The notes beneath the pieces were generated by a model, which did no database searches, was not told where the DNA came from, and saw only the letters and a program-made list of their open reading frames with translations. From assembly GCA_951406725.2 (NCBI GenBank), contig OX597821.1, forward strand, positions 97,836,001 through 97,900,000: DNA of 64,000 nt. The letters run 5' to 3'. The position numbers and the translations under genes are program-made. Below are positions 24,271 through 38,275 of the stretch, piece after piece; within the stretch, counting starts at the first letter, position 1; each line of letters begins with the position of its first letter. The DNA comes from Octopus vulgaris (lineage: Eukaryota).

Positions 24271-24577
24271 AAACAGAAAAATAACATTCAGCCAACACAT
24301 AGATACTTGCGCCAACAACAAAACACCAAACTTCAGGATTTTCCCCCTCTACCAATTCAGAGACGATACGTAAAGAAACTCTCTTTATTACAAAATATAA
24401 GCCCCTTCTGGACAAACAAACGATATATACCCCTCTGCTTTAGAATAACACAAATACACATGCAAATATTACATTCCTAAGAATCCACTACAAATCAGCC
24501 CCAATCACAGCTATAACCTATAATGGACCAAGTCATACAACACCTCACTACTTCCACTCATTCATATTCTCCCTCCT

Positions 24578-24639
24578 CTTTCTTCTTCTTCTTCTTCCCC
24601 ATCTTCATCATCATCATCGTTATCATCATCATCATCGTT

Positions 24640-24678
<39 letters not shown>

Positions 24679-24736
24679 TTCTTCTTCTTCTTCTTCTTCT
24701 TCTTCTTCTTCTTCTTCTTCTTCTTCTTCTTCTTCT
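24578..24736. repeat. Compound (CAT)n/(CTT)n microsatellite
   Basis: Direct reading; explains the poly-I/F and poly-K/M ORFs. Confidence 0.95.
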
Positions 24737-27392
24737 CCCCCTTCAACTTCCTAACTTTATCACTAATGCTTTTTAGTATAACACCTACACAAATTCTATT
24801 GACAAACCTTTCAATAGAAATACTCTCATGAACTGCTAGCAGCCACTGACCATTCAAAATACAACAATCAAGGCACTCCCAAAATTTCCCCCCTTCTCCT
24901 CATCATCCTTCTTCTTCTTCTTCTTCCCTACCAAGAATTCTCAACGACCTCCCACACGTGTGAACAAGAGAGACAGAGCAAGGCAGAAACAAGAAAAATG
25001 CCACTTATATTTGAACACTATACAAATATTCCTTTAAAAAAACATTTCTTTTAATTTTTCTAAATTTAATTATTTAATCGTTACAGTTGAAAAGGTCTCA
25101 AAATGACTGAAACCGGTACTGAAATGTTCTTTATAAAATTATTTTAGCATTTTCTATTTTGACTTATTTTTTCATATATATAGATATTTTTCCACCTTTT
25201 ATTTGATACATCAAAGATAAAGATACCTTATTTACAATGTGATGATTAAATTTTTTCATCCCAAAATTACGTTTTTTTCCCACTCTTTTGCCATTCTGTA
25301 ACTACTTTTATCTAGATGAGATTAAAAAGTAGAAAAAAAACAATAATTTATCCACGCATACCTAATTTCAGTAGTGTTTCCAATGAAACTTGAAAGACTT
25401 TTTTCCATTAAGATGTTTCAACTCTGAACAAGAAATATTGCCCCCGCCCCACCCTAGGAAAGAGATATTCACTTAGAAAATGAAGAAACAAAAGGAAATA
25501 GAAAGCAACATAATTTTCATCTAATTGAATTTTATATACTATTTTTCATTTCCACACAAGACAAAATTGTGGCTCAGTTATTCTTCATTCAAGAAACCAA
25601 GATACTAATCCTTCAGTCCGTGGTATCAGTATTTCTCAACAAGAGTCCCTATCACCATCACAACCAAAGAAAAGAAATGTGTTTTAGTGGCAGGAAACAT
25701 GTTCTCTCAGAGTGCTATTGCAAAATATTTTATTAATGATTTACCACAAGGAGATGTGTGAAAAACAAAATTGGAATTTTGAAAGAAGTATTTATTAAAT
25801 GATAATTTCAGTTGTTTAAAATATTGAAAATTACAATTTGACCAAAACAAAACTCTTGCTTTCCCTACTTTCCCTACTTGCTTTCCCACTGGTGGCCAGC
25901 AACAGCTTTTTAACTAAATTTGTTATATCTAAATTTGTTTTTGTTACATGTAGATGATGAAAATATGTTATGTAAAGTTTAATTGGACTCTGAGAACAAC
26001 CAGCTTGGGAGCCCAATTAAGCTATCAATCTGATATCTTAAACAAGCCAAATTTCTTGTGAAATCGATACCCTTTTGGAGCAGTTTAATTCATCTTTATT
26101 GAAGCTTTCATAATTTAATCTGATGAGAACATAGAAACCCAAACAGCTTCTCTCTTTGGTGAGTGTTGCTTTCCATTGTGCAAGTATGCACCAGGCATGC
26201 AACATGAGCTGATCCACTTCCTGATAGATCATCTCCCATGTCAAACATTTGATGGATTATGGTTCTTGGCCTTACCAGTCCCAGGGCTTAACCTATATAT
26301 GCTATCAAGCATTTTTCATCATAATATATTGTGTATTTTCTTTAAGGCTTTCAGCTGGCAGAATCATTTGCTTGCCAAGCAAAATGCTTAGTAGCATTTT
26401 ACCTGTCCTTGCATTCTGAGTTCAAATTTTGACAAGATAGACTTTACCTGGGGTCAATGTAATCGACTTGACCCCTCCCCCGAAGTTGCTGGCCTCGTAC
26501 CAAAATTTGAAACCAATATTGAATATTTTCTTGGACAAGGGTTTTTTGTTTTTTATTTAAAGAAAACCACTTGTGGAAGTCAAGCCAATCACATAACCTG
26601 CACACTACAAACTGCTTAAGCCAATGTGCCACTCAGAACATAATCCATAATTTTGCTCAAGAAGCAGGGATTTCTGCCATGAACAAAGAGAGCTACTAGT
26701 AGTAGCAACCAACCATTTAATGTTTTGAATACAATCAAGTAAATAATTTTGTCTTTAGATCAAAGTTAAAAAGAATGAGGAATTCATCCTTTGGACCTCA
26801 TTATTCCAAACATGTGTTAAGAAGAAAAAAATAAAGTGGAAGTAATGTAGGGTAATACAATCACACCCTTAAATAGCAACAGAGAAAATCACTTTTAGTG
26901 AAGTCTATTTCTTACTGATGTTTGGAATATGCGTGTTTATGATTATTTTTGTGTAGTACATTTTTGTGTAGTACAAATCATATTAAAAATAGTAGAGGTC
27001 AAATGTTCAGAAGTGATACAGAAGGAATGAGCAACTACATAGATTATGTGTGTGTAGTTTAAGTGTGTACAAGTGAATTTAGTATCCATGGACTAATGTG
27101 AGTGGAGCATATAATCAAAACTTGTGTGTATGCATGTGTATTTTTTTAATTGTAGCAGTACTTGTTAATGCCTTATTTCCACTGTAGTTTTTAGTGTGTC
27201 AATGAGTGTGCATGCATATTGCAATCTCAGTATATGTGGGGCCATTACTGTGAGAAATGTGTTTGTGCATATGCACATGTATGTGAATGTGTTTGAGTGT
27301 ATGTCTGTTGTGTTTAGATAGGTAGGATGTGGTGAGGTTATGGTGAGTAGGCATGTATGTCATTGCTATGAGTGTGTATGTGTGTGTAATCA

Positions 27393-27811
27393 TTTACTCT
27401 TTTACTCTTTTACTTGTTTCAGTCATTTGACTGCGGCCATGCTGGAGCACCGCCTTTAGTCGAGCAAATCGACCCCGGGACTTATTCTTTGTAAGCCCAG
27501 TAATTATTCTATCGGTCTCTTTTGCCAAACCGCTAAGTGATGGGGACGTAGACACACCAGCATCGGTTGTCAAGCAATGCTAGAGGGACAAACACAGACA
27601 CACAAACATATACACACACATACATATATATATATATATACATATATACGACAGGCTTCTTTCAGTTTCCGTCTACCAAATCCACTCACAAGGCATTGGT
27701 CGGCCCAGGGCTATATCAGAAGACACTTGCCCAAGATGCCATGCAGTGGGACTGAACCCGGAATCATGTGGTTGGTTAGCAAGCTACTTACCACACAGCC
27801 ACTCCTGCGCC
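27393..27811 (-). mobile_element. Full-length tRNA-head SINE with LINE-derived tail
   Basis: Minus-strand head with A-box TGGCTGTGTGG and B-box GGTTCAGTCC, an internal microsatellite, and a tail ending in (GTAAAAGA)n. Near-identical copy at 29429-29845. Confidence 0.92.
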
Positions 27812-28253
27812 TCATGCATTTTTTGTTGCATTTGTGTGACTGTCACTGTTTTGTGTGTTGGCTGAGCTTTGTATGTATAGAAGTGTGTGTAGTATATATA
27901 TGATTGTATGTATGTGTGCCACTTGAGTGTGTGCGAGTATGTAATTCACTTAGAAATGTGTTTGCATTGTGATTGGTATATTTCTGGACATATTGTAGTA
28001 GTAAAATAAAAGTTGGTGTTTGTACCATGTATATTGTGTGACGGTAGAAAAAGTGCTACTTTGAGTATGCATGTGGTTGTATGCATATTTGGGTACATGT
28101 TAGAGCATGTATAAATATATGTGTATTTTTAATGTGATGTTGAATATTTTATATTTGGTCTTTATACTTATGTGTGTGTGTGTACATGTGAGTCATCTAA
28201 GAGACCATAAGTCAGGAAAAGGTGCACTTGTATATCTGTCAGAAGAGTAGGTA

Positions 28254-28530
28254 TACTATCTGAAATGTATAGCATTAAATATCCATCATGACTAGGCTTA
28301 CCAATTGGTTTCACATAAACAATACAGTGGAATGTTAGGTAACAAATAGCTTATATAACTTTACGCTCATCAGAGTTAGAGAGGAGTCGCCATATTCTTT
28401 TCCATATCAGCTAACTCTGATGAATGTAAAGTTATATAATCAATTTGTTATCTAACACTTCACTGTATTCCATTGTACTCTGGTATGACCAGCCATGATA
28501 GATATTTAATACTATACATTTAAGATAATA
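28254..28530. repeat. Imperfect fold-back (arms ~125 bp) carrying a hammerhead-like motif
   Basis: 28254-28379 pairs with 28411-28530. Minus strand 28297-28375 reads CUGAUGA-gcguaaa..uuuaugu-GAAA-CCAAUUGG-UA. Confidence 0.8.
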
Positions 28531-28550
28531 TATATATATATGTATGTATG

Positions 28551-28624
<74 letters not shown>

Positions 28625-28776
28625 TCTTTATGTACATGTGTGTATATATATGTATATATATTTATATGAATATATATATTTTTATATATACATATATATA
28701 TATATTTATATATGTATATTTATATACATGTATATATATATTTATATATAGTTATATATATGTATATATATTTATG

Positions 28777-28817
<41 letters not shown>

Positions 28818-28963
28818 TTATATATATGTATAAATATATATGTATATATATGTATATATATTTTTATATATGTATATATATTTATATATATGTATATATG
28901 TATATATATATATGTTTGTGTATATATGTGTGTGTGTGAGTATGTATATATATATATATATAT

Positions 28964-29042
<79 letters not shown>
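28530..29042. repeat. Compound microsatellite (TA)n/(GA)n/(GACA)n/(GATA)n/(CA)n
   Basis: Direct reading. Confidence 0.95.
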
Positions 29043-29044
<2 letters not shown>

Positions 29045-29428
29045 AGGGCTTTACACAGTAGTGTGCAGTTCTTCTGGCTGTAGACTAGTATCTATTATTA
29101 ATGTTTTTGGTTGTAGTTGTATTTTCTTTTGGCAGCTGAAATTCATTGGAGTTGTTTCAAAACTTCAAAGAAGTAGCAAATCAATGTTTTAGAACTGCCA
29201 GGAATGACAGCAATGGTTACACCAACATCTACAACCTATGGATGGCAACTATAGCACTTCAAAAATATTTGAATATTTGCAATTTTGTTGCACTTCTTCC
29301 CATGTTAGAAATATGCTTGTTGCCTTTGAAGTCAGGAAATAGTAGTTTTGGAGATGCGGTTTCTAAATCTACTGAATCAAGTAAACACATAAAGGGTTAC
29401 TTGTTGATTCATTCCATTCTAACAAGGG

Positions 29429-29845
29429 TACTCTTTTACTCTTTTACTTGTTTCAGTCATTTGACTGCAGCCATGCTGGAGCACCGCCTTTAGTCGAGCA
29501 AATCGACCCCGGGACTTATTCTTTTGTAAGCCCAGTACTTATTCTATCGGTTTCTTTTAGCCGAACCGCTAAGTGACGGGGACGTAAACACACCAGCATC
29601 GGTTGTCAAGCAATGCTAGGGGGACAAACACAGACACACAAACATATACACACACATACATATATATATATATACATATATACGACAGGCTTCTTTCAGT
29701 TTCCGTCTACCAAATCCACTCACAAGGCATTGGTCGGCCTGGGGCTATAGCAGAAGACACTTGCCCAAGGTGCCACGCAGTGGGACTGAACCCGGAACCA
29801 TGTGGTTGGTAGGCAAGCTACTTACCACACAGCCACTCCTGTGCC
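29429..29845 (-). mobile_element. Full-length tRNA-head SINE (same family as 27393-27811)
   Basis: Near-identical end to end to 27393-27811. Confidence 0.92.
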
Positions 29846-30055
29846 TATAGACTAAAATAATTTTCTCCTTTTTTTTTGTTTTTTTGATAGAGGAGTTAGT
29901 TGAATCACATACTGTTTTTGTGTAGCTTTAGTTCAGCCTTAATCCAGAAGAGCCATAATCATATGTTTGTTTTGGATACTACAATTTGAGATTTCTTCCA
30001 GATGTAGTGTGTGCAATATACATTATACAATATTTCCATTTTTAAGTCTTAGACC

Positions 30056-30385
30056 CCCCTTGGATCATAAATGACCATGGGATTGCACCTAGAAAGTTCC
30101 CCTCCAAGACACAAGTCTTGGCCAGGTTGCTTATAGGAGACCAGCAGTCACCCATGCATACCAGCCTCCCCTCTCAAAGCCATTGATGTTATCCAAGGGA
30201 AAGACAACGGCCAATACAGCTTGGCACCGGTAACATCGCAACTCATTTCTACAGATGAAGGAATTGGAGAAATGTGAAGTAAAGTGTCTTGCTCAAGAAC
30301 ACAACTCACAGCCTGGTCTGGGGATTGAACTCATTACCTCATGATTGTAAGCCTGATGCTCTAACCACTGAGCCATGCACCTTCA
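30056..30385 (-). mobile_element. tRNA-head SINE, different body and tail
   Basis: Minus-strand head with TGGCTCAGTGGTTAGAGC and GAGTTCAATCC (A/B boxes), then 'gtgttcttgagcaagacacttt'. A related head lies at 61430-61560. Confidence 0.75.
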
Positions 30386-31594
30386 TGGTGTAATTTGCAG
30401 ATTTGCCTGCTATTTCTAACAGGCCTAGAGACTAAATACTTACTTATTGACTCAACCATCAGTTGACAATTTTTTCAGTTAGATGTCTCTTCCTATTATT
30501 AACCTCTGAACTATGAAATAAGGTTGTTATGAATGTTTTTGTTTGCTTTTTTGTTTTTCATTTTTTTCATAAGCCAGGTAACAAATTTATGTTTCTTCTT
30601 CAGAAAGTGGTTTTCTACATAGACATGAGGTCACAAATTTGAAGGAAGAGAACAGTTGGTATTATCAGTGCCATTGCATGACTGATACTTTATCTTATTG
30701 ATGCCAGTACTTTATTTTATCAACACCTGTACTTGCTTGGTACTTTATTTTATCAATCCCAATATTTTATTGACACTTTCATGACACCAGTACTTGATTG
30801 CTACTTTGTCAACTCCAAGCCTGAGAGAAAAGAATAGTTGACTTTATCAAAGCCAGTACTTGACTGGTACTTTATTTTATCAACACCTCCTGGACAGAAA
30901 AAAGCAAAGCTGTCTTTAGTAAAATTTGAACTCAGAATATGAAAAGCTGAGACAAATACTGTAAAGTGTTTTGTCAAATGCTCTCATAGCTTTACCAGTC
31001 CAATAACATTGAGCTTTAGACTTTATTAATTTTTGTTCATTTGGTCAGGTAAACTGAATTGGGTAGAGTTATGTATTTTTGGTGCTCAAGATAACTTCTT
31101 TTGGTGCTTGATAACTTCTTTAACAATTGAACTTACCAGTGTGATGATATTGTCATCTGTCAGGTAAACTGCTGCAAGGATAAAGTCTGGAATCTAAAGT
31201 AGATGGTGAAAGATCTTCATTGGTAACAATTATCACAAAAGATAGTTTGTAGTATGTTAATATATTCATCTGTTCAAGAGCATTTTTGGCTCTTACCCTT
31301 CAATGGAAAGTATGAATGTATGAAGGTGATGCTGATCTGGTTGTCAGCAGTGAATGAGAAGCCAGACCAACAAAACCTTCACATTTTATCTTCTCTGCAC
31401 CGAGGATCAAGAGCCCTAAACATTAGATCTTTTACTCCTTGCTATAATTGAATTTATTAACATTCTATAAACTCTCTTCAATTTGCAGTAGAGTTATGTG
31501 TATTTATCAGTGATACAATGTAATGCTGGCTGCAGGATTTGAAATTAAGAGTTGGTAAGCATGGAATTTAATTGATGATATTACAGTTATTAGT

Positions 31595-31913
31595 GTGGAG
31601 GCACATGGCCTAGTGGTTAGAATAGCAGACTTGTGGTTGAGGGATCGCGGGTTCAAATCTCAGACCGGGCGGTCTGTGTGTTTATGAGTGAAACACCTAA
31701 GCTCCATGCGGCTCTGGCAGAAGGTAATGGCGAACTTCTGCTGATTCTTTCGCCACAACTTTCTCTCACTCTTTCCTCCTGCCTCTTGCAGCTCACCTGC
31801 GACGGACCGGCATCCTGTCCAGGTGGGGAACTTATACACCAAGGAAACCGGGAAAACCAGCCCTTATGAGCCAGGCATAGCTCGAGAAGGAACAAACAAA
31901 CAACAACAAAAAC
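31595..31913 (+). mobile_element. tRNA-head SINE with 12-bp TSD
   Basis: A-box TGGCCTAGTGG, B-box GGTTCAAATC and an (AAC)-rich tail. TSD ACAGTTATTAGT at 31583-31594 and 31914-31925. Confidence 0.9.
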
Positions 31914-32242
31914 ACAGTTATTAGTAATTTTGGTAATATCTGGATCCAGTAGATTTATTCCTGACAAGGAATTAAAATTTTCCCTAGTCCACAAATGTAC
32001 AACACTTTTGGGGGCATGAAAATGAATAAAAGTATCAACTTTTCTTATTTTCAGCTACACAGACTATACCTCTTCTTGATAGTTTGTTGTAGCTTAACAA
32101 ACCATACTACTTCATGGTATCTGTTAAACAGTTTAGTAGTATGAAACTCTTCATATTTATTTACACTAGGAGCAATCTTCCTTAACATGATATATAGCTA
32201 AGTGAATTGTACCTCCTTATGATACTTATTTATAGTTAAGTA

Positions 32243-32520
32243 TGTAGGATGATGTCAGCAGCTGGGGAGCTGATTGGAACTTGGGGCTGACCGGAAGGGG
32301 CAGCAGTGACGCACGCGCAGCGAGGGCAGGATTCTGCCTTTTTCGAGGCAGGTTGCCGAGCGGGTAAGATGGGTCAGCATCTTGTTAAGGTTGGGAGAAG
32401 CAGCTGCTATTTCTAGCGTTCGGGTTGGGCTGTGTTGAAGAATCCATTACTGCTGAAGGGTCTCCATCTGAGCGAAGGGAAGGTAGGTGCCTTTATTTCG
32501 AATCTCTTGCATACACCACA
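32243..32520. mobile_element. Solo LTR with 5-bp TSD (AAGTA)
   Basis: TG...CA termini, AAGTA at 32238-32242 and 32521-32525. Homologous to 20105-20375 in the opposite orientation. Confidence 0.85.
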
Positions 32521-33718
32521 AAGTAGACTTTACCTCTACATGGCACCTATTTACAGCTGGTTTTACTGTACCCACACATGGTACTTATGTGCAGCTAAAA
32601 GGATAGTATCACTTCACAGTATGCAAAAGCAGTTAAGTAGGTTGTACCTCTAAGTGCTACCTATTTTCAGTTAAGCTGCACCTACTTACAATTTGGAAGA
32701 AAGCCCCACTTCATGGTCCCTATTTATATTACTTTTTTAACAGTTTAGCATTCATATTTCACCTTCTGATCTTTTAATCCTAATATTGGTGGCGGCGGTG
32801 GCAGTTGCTGTTGATTAACCCCAGGTCAGTCCTAATCAAGAAGTCCTATAGAGCATAGATAATTGTTCAAACAACAAATTATGATCAATTATTTCAGATA
32901 GGCAATGCCTTTGTCCAGTTGACCATTCTGTGCATTCTGACATGCAGTGGTTTATTATATAAACTAATACAGTGTATTAGTTTAAGCATGTTACATTTTT
33001 CCCATTGTCTAATCTGTTCCTGTATGGGATAAGGAAAGAGGAATTTTCTCTGCTGTCCAATCTGACCCTGCACGTCTGCCCTGATCAAAAGCATCCAACT
33101 GTGATGATCCCTTTCTTTCAGGACTATGTAGGGCTGCATTACATAGCATGTCCTTTTAGTTATTTCTGATGGCAGAGTGTGACTTGACGGCAATTTAACT
33201 ACTATTTCTAGCAAGTCAAGCAACTAAATAAAGGATAACAGCTTACTGAGCATGAAGATCAGAAAGATGTTATCGATCGGAGAATTTCACTGTTGTATAT
33301 ATCTTTATGTTTGTTTGGACTGAATGCGAAAAAGAGTGTGATCAAGATGGTGTTGTAGTATTGTCTTGGGCTGTTATAGATGTGTCTTACGTGTCTCAGA
33401 GCAAGAAGTGACAGCTGAGCAGTAGGAGAGTCGGAATTTGGTGCAGCAACATATACATCTATGTGTGGTGTGTGTTAAAACAATTCTTTCATTCTAGATC
33501 ATGCAGCAAATATGTTGAATTGAGAGAGGTGCCAGCTGTCATAGCCAATCAGTATAATCAGAAATAAGATGTGAAAATGCCAATATGAACATATTATGAA
33601 GTATATAGAAGATGTTTGTTGCTGACACCACCAACATTGTCTGGTAGATTTATATTTCAATCACAGGCTTTATACAGACATAATTATGACACTTGTATAT
33701 AAACACACATACACAGTG

Positions 33719-33765
<47 letters not shown>

Positions 33766-33892
33766 TTTGTGCGCATTTTTTTTGTTTTGTTAAATAACTT
33801 TTTTCTTTACATTCCTTTTTTTTTTAATATCCTTTTCATAATCATCTCTTCCTTTTTCAACTCTCCCTTTTTTCAATACGAAATCGAAATTG

Positions 33893-34270
33893 AACCAATC
33901 CTATGACTGGCACCTGGCAGATGCCAGGACCCCTGGACTGGAGATACGTAAAAAGCACTATCCGAATTGTGGCCGAAGCCAGTGTCGCCTCGACTGGCTT
34001 CCGTGCAGGTGGCACGTAAAATGCACCAATCCGACCGTGGCTGATGCCAGCCTCGCCTGGCTCCAGTGCAGGTGGCACGTAAAAAGCACCCACTACACTC
34101 ACGGAGTGGTTGGCGTTAGGAAGGGCATCCAGCTGTAGAAACATTGCCAGATAAGACCGGAGCCTGGTGCAGCCTTCTGGCTTCCCAGATCCCCGGTCGA
34201 ACCGTCCAACCCATGCTAGCATGGAGAACGGACGTTAAACGATGATGATAATGATGATGATGATGATGAT
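33893..34270 (+). mobile_element. RTE-type 3' tail copy
   Basis: Same 'ggtggcacgtaaaaagcacc' units and 'ggacgttaaacgatgatg' end as 549-935. Confidence 0.88.
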
Positions 34271-34804
34271 GTGCTTTATATATATTTCATGACCATTCTC
34301 TTTTTCTTCTCCTCCTCTCTGCCTTTTTACATACTCTTTCATGTCCACTTGGACCTGTTTTCACTTTTTCTCTCACTTACCACATTGTTTTCTCCACTGC
34401 TTCCCCCCTTTTTCTCTGCTTCCATCTTCATTCCATTCACATCTCAGTCAACTCCACATACACCCAGCCAACCACCTGCACCCCACACTGCTTATTCCCA
34501 TGCCCATCTCTTTACACAGATATTCTGTATATGCAAACAACTCTTCATCTTCTTCTCCCCTCTTAACTCTCCCTGTAGAACTGCATTCCCAGCCAGCCTC
34601 TGACTTTCTTTTGCTCTTCCTCCTTTCCACCATCCTTCTAATTTTCTTTCCTCTTTTTCCTGATGAAGGACTCTATGTCCGAATTGTCAAAGACTCTTTC
34701 TCTTTTTCCTTTTAACCATAAGACTAATAACACCTTTGTGAAAACTTGTCCCTCTTGTGTTTTTTCTTGTTTTTGTTCATTCAGCATATGTGTGATTAGA
34801 CATA

Positions 34805-35197
34805 GGCATGTTTAAGGGGTTAAGAAGTTTGCTTCCCAATCACATCGTTCCAGGTTCAATCCCACCGTGTGGCACCTTAGGCAATTGTCTTCTACTATAA
34901 CCTCAGGCTAAGCAAAGCCTTGTGAGTGAATTTGGTGAATAGAAAATGAAAGAAAACTTTTATGTGTGTGTATTTCTTTATCTTGATATCATGCAATAGT
35001 TGTAAATGAGTGTCACTCTCATACAAGCAGTGTCGTTCATTCTCAGATTTTATTAAAGCATGTCTGGCCTTGAGGAAAAAATTACCTCGTTTGGTAACAG
35101 GTGACAGTTGGTGATGGGAAAGGCATCCAACCATAGAAAATTTGCCTCAACAAATTCCACCTAACTTATGTAGGTATGGAAAAGTGGATGTTGAAAA
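34805..35197 (+). mobile_element. tRNA-head SINE with RTE-like tail
   Basis: Head as in the 27393 family ('ggttcaatcccaccgtgtggcaccttaggcaa'), but tail 'gggaaaggcatccaaccatagaaa...atggaaaagtggatgtt'. Related copy at 38558-38962. Confidence 0.75.
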
Positions 35198-35543
35198 TAA
35201 TTTTACACACACACACATGCACATGTGTTGTATCTATGAAAAATGACACAGTTTATTTGTGTAAGAAATAAATTACATAAACATAAATTTTGCAAAATGG
35301 TTTGTAGTTATATTTATGATGTCCACCTGGCTAGCACTGGGCATGTTAGCAGGTCACCACCAGAAAAGCAGGGAAAATATGTAGAATATTTCATTATGGA
35401 TAATATGCAGGCATATATAAGAATGATTTAAGTATGTATGTGTGTGAGTTTATTGTTATAATTAATATATTCATATTCACTCACACATGGAAAGACATTT
35501 GCTGTGGAAACTGTCTCAGAACCCTTATAGACAACAAAGCATG

Positions 35544-35771
35544 TTAACCCTTTCGCTACTGCATTAATTTTGAGATACTCTGTGTTTCTTTCAATTACTT
35601 TAAATATAACAAAGAATTTAGTAAAATAACTTAGTTATCATTAAGCTAGTGTTAGGAACATAAATTCTGACTAAGGTTTGGTGGAAGATTTTAATTCAAA
35701 CCTTATGAAAACGAGACATTTGTACTCAGAGCCAGAGCCGGTTTCAGCCGGGTTGGTAACGAAAGGGTTAA
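35544..35771 (-). mobile_element. TTAA-flanked MITE (piggyBac-like)
   Basis: TTAACCCTTTCG...CGAAAGGGTTAA; reverse complement of 1528-1756. Confidence 0.85.
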
Positions 35772-38239
35772 AACACATGACTGGACTATGAATGATGGTT
35801 TAATTGCATGAATCAAAATCTAATGTTGTGTTTTCACACACATTGATTATAAGTTTGTAAGAAGACAGTTTCCACCACTAAGATCTTTCCATGTCTTAGT
35901 GTACATGAACTTGTTTGATATAATTGTACATATCAATATTCTAACCATCACTGCTTAGTGTATCTCTAATTAATAATGCATGCACATAAATACATAGGGG
36001 ACAATTGTTAGCAACTGTATATGAACATATATATATATGTGGGGTGGGGTTAAGAAGTGTGCTTCCCAAAAACATGGTTTTGGGTTCAATCCCATTGCAT
36101 GGCACCTTAGTTAGGTGTGTTCTAAAATCGTTTGTATTGTTATTCTAGGTTTGGTTCTTTCTGTATGTAGATTTATTTCCCCATATAGATTATAATAACA
36201 ATTAGAGATCTCTTAATTTGTTTTTTACTTTGGTCTTTGATCTAAGAGTGAAATTTAAAGACTGTTCTGTTTTCTATTTATTTGTTTTTGTTTCTTTTTT
36301 AATAAGAATTTTAAGTTAGGGTCAAATAAACTGGAAACAAAACTTTTCCAAAACATCAAATAGATCTTTTCCCTTCATTTGTCAAACCATAGGGAAAAAT
36401 ATTCTTCTTGGCTCCGTTTTTAATAAACAAGGAATCTCATTACAAAGAAGACAATAAAAATTGTTCATTAAATTTTCTCCACTTCTAGTTTTTTTAAAGA
36501 TTTTAGCCATTTTTTTTTTCATTCATTTCCATCATATGCTGTTTTTTTTTGTTTTTTGTTATGTTGTATGTAGCTTTTTAGAAATTTATTATATAAATTT
36601 AAATTTTAAAAATACAAAAATGTAAGATACTCATTCTTTCTAAACTGGTTTAGAGCATTTCTTAAGCTTTTGGACAATTCATTTTCAAGTATTTCTCTCA
36701 AGAAATATTGTTTGGTTGTTGCCAAAAAAAATGATGTTAAGGACAAGAAGTAGATAGCTTTTTGGAGATAACTTTTAAAAGTATACTTAAATAAAAGAAC
36801 ACAAATACGAAATGGTTCAGTCCTTTCTTTTTTTCTTCTTTGGCCTTTCTGAAACCTTCAGGTGTTTTCAGAGGTTTCATATGAGATATGTTAATCATCA
36901 ATGATCTAAAACAAAAATGCATACGTGTTATTTTTTCAGTTTTATTCTTTAATATATTTCAATGAAAATGACAGGAATACAAGATGGTTAGACATCCCTT
37001 ACATTTTCCACCATTTTTGTAACCTTTAGACAATTTTATTAGCCAAATATTTTGATATACACTACTATATTGCAATGTTGCTAATAGATGCACTTCAAAA
37101 AGAAGGAGATTTTTTTTTCCTTTTGTAAATTTCAATAAAAGGGAATGAAAAAAATGCAATATTGATTTATTTATCATATTTTTTAATATTTTGATCACTC
37201 CCTGTATCTTTTCTTAAATCAATAGAGAAAATTCTTTTTTGAAATATTTCTTTTTTTTTTTAGTGGGGAAAACATTGCTAATAGTGGACATTGACAAAGA
37301 CTAAATACATTTGTGTTTTTTGTTTTTTGAGAATTGAAATTTGAATAAAAAGGAAGGAGATAGATTATTATTATTATTATTAGTTATTTACTGCAATATT
37401 CTAGAATTTTAAGCTGTCTGATATTTTTTCAATCAGTACATTTGAGACACACCAAGTTGGTATATTGCTCAGTGGTTAACAAGAAATGGTTAGCTTTTTT
37501 TGTTATATAAATTTGAAGAAAAAAATTGATTTTAGAACAAGATAAGGAGTGCATATGTGTGTTTTGTGTGTGTGTGTGTGTGTGCACATGTGTGTGTGTG
37601 CACATGTGTGTGTGTGTGCACATCATGTGTGTGTGTGTGTACATGTGTGTGTGTGCACATGTGTGTGTGTGCCCATGTGTGTGTGTGCACGTGTGTGTGT
37701 GTGTGTGTGTGTTTGTGCACGTATGCAGGCACATGTGTGTTGGCATGTATTAATGAAAGTATATGTACTTATGTATATGTATATATATATATATATGTGT
37801 GTGTGTGTATGTATGTATATGTCTTCTATATTAACTTATGTATAGATTTATATGTATTTCTCTTTCTCTTTCTCTTTCTCATATATATGTGATTGCGAGA
37901 TAAATGTTTTTTAAAATTCAATGTGAAGTGATGTCAATGAAAAACCATGTCTGCTAATTGAGGTTCTATAGTTGTTTTATAATCCTCTGATATTTTGAGA
38001 TAGATCCTCTTTTCAAATAAAAAGGAACCAAATACTCAGAGTCTAGGTCTGACAATATTGTAAGACTAATAAAAGCAACCTATGTAAATACAATATCTTT
38101 ATCTTTCATTCATTGACATCACCTTACATATTTTATTAACTCTTCACCTGCATTGCTTAAGTATTTTACAAACACTTATCTTATTTATGCATACTGTAAT
38201 AATGCTTCAAGTCAAATACACTGCTATTATATATTTTTG

Positions 38240-38275
<36 letters not shown>

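Noticed and set aside
27740-27811. tRNA-like A/B boxes here and at 29845, 30385, 31595 and 40377
   Set aside because: These are SINE heads. No full cloverleaf is evident, and they continue into repeat bodies.
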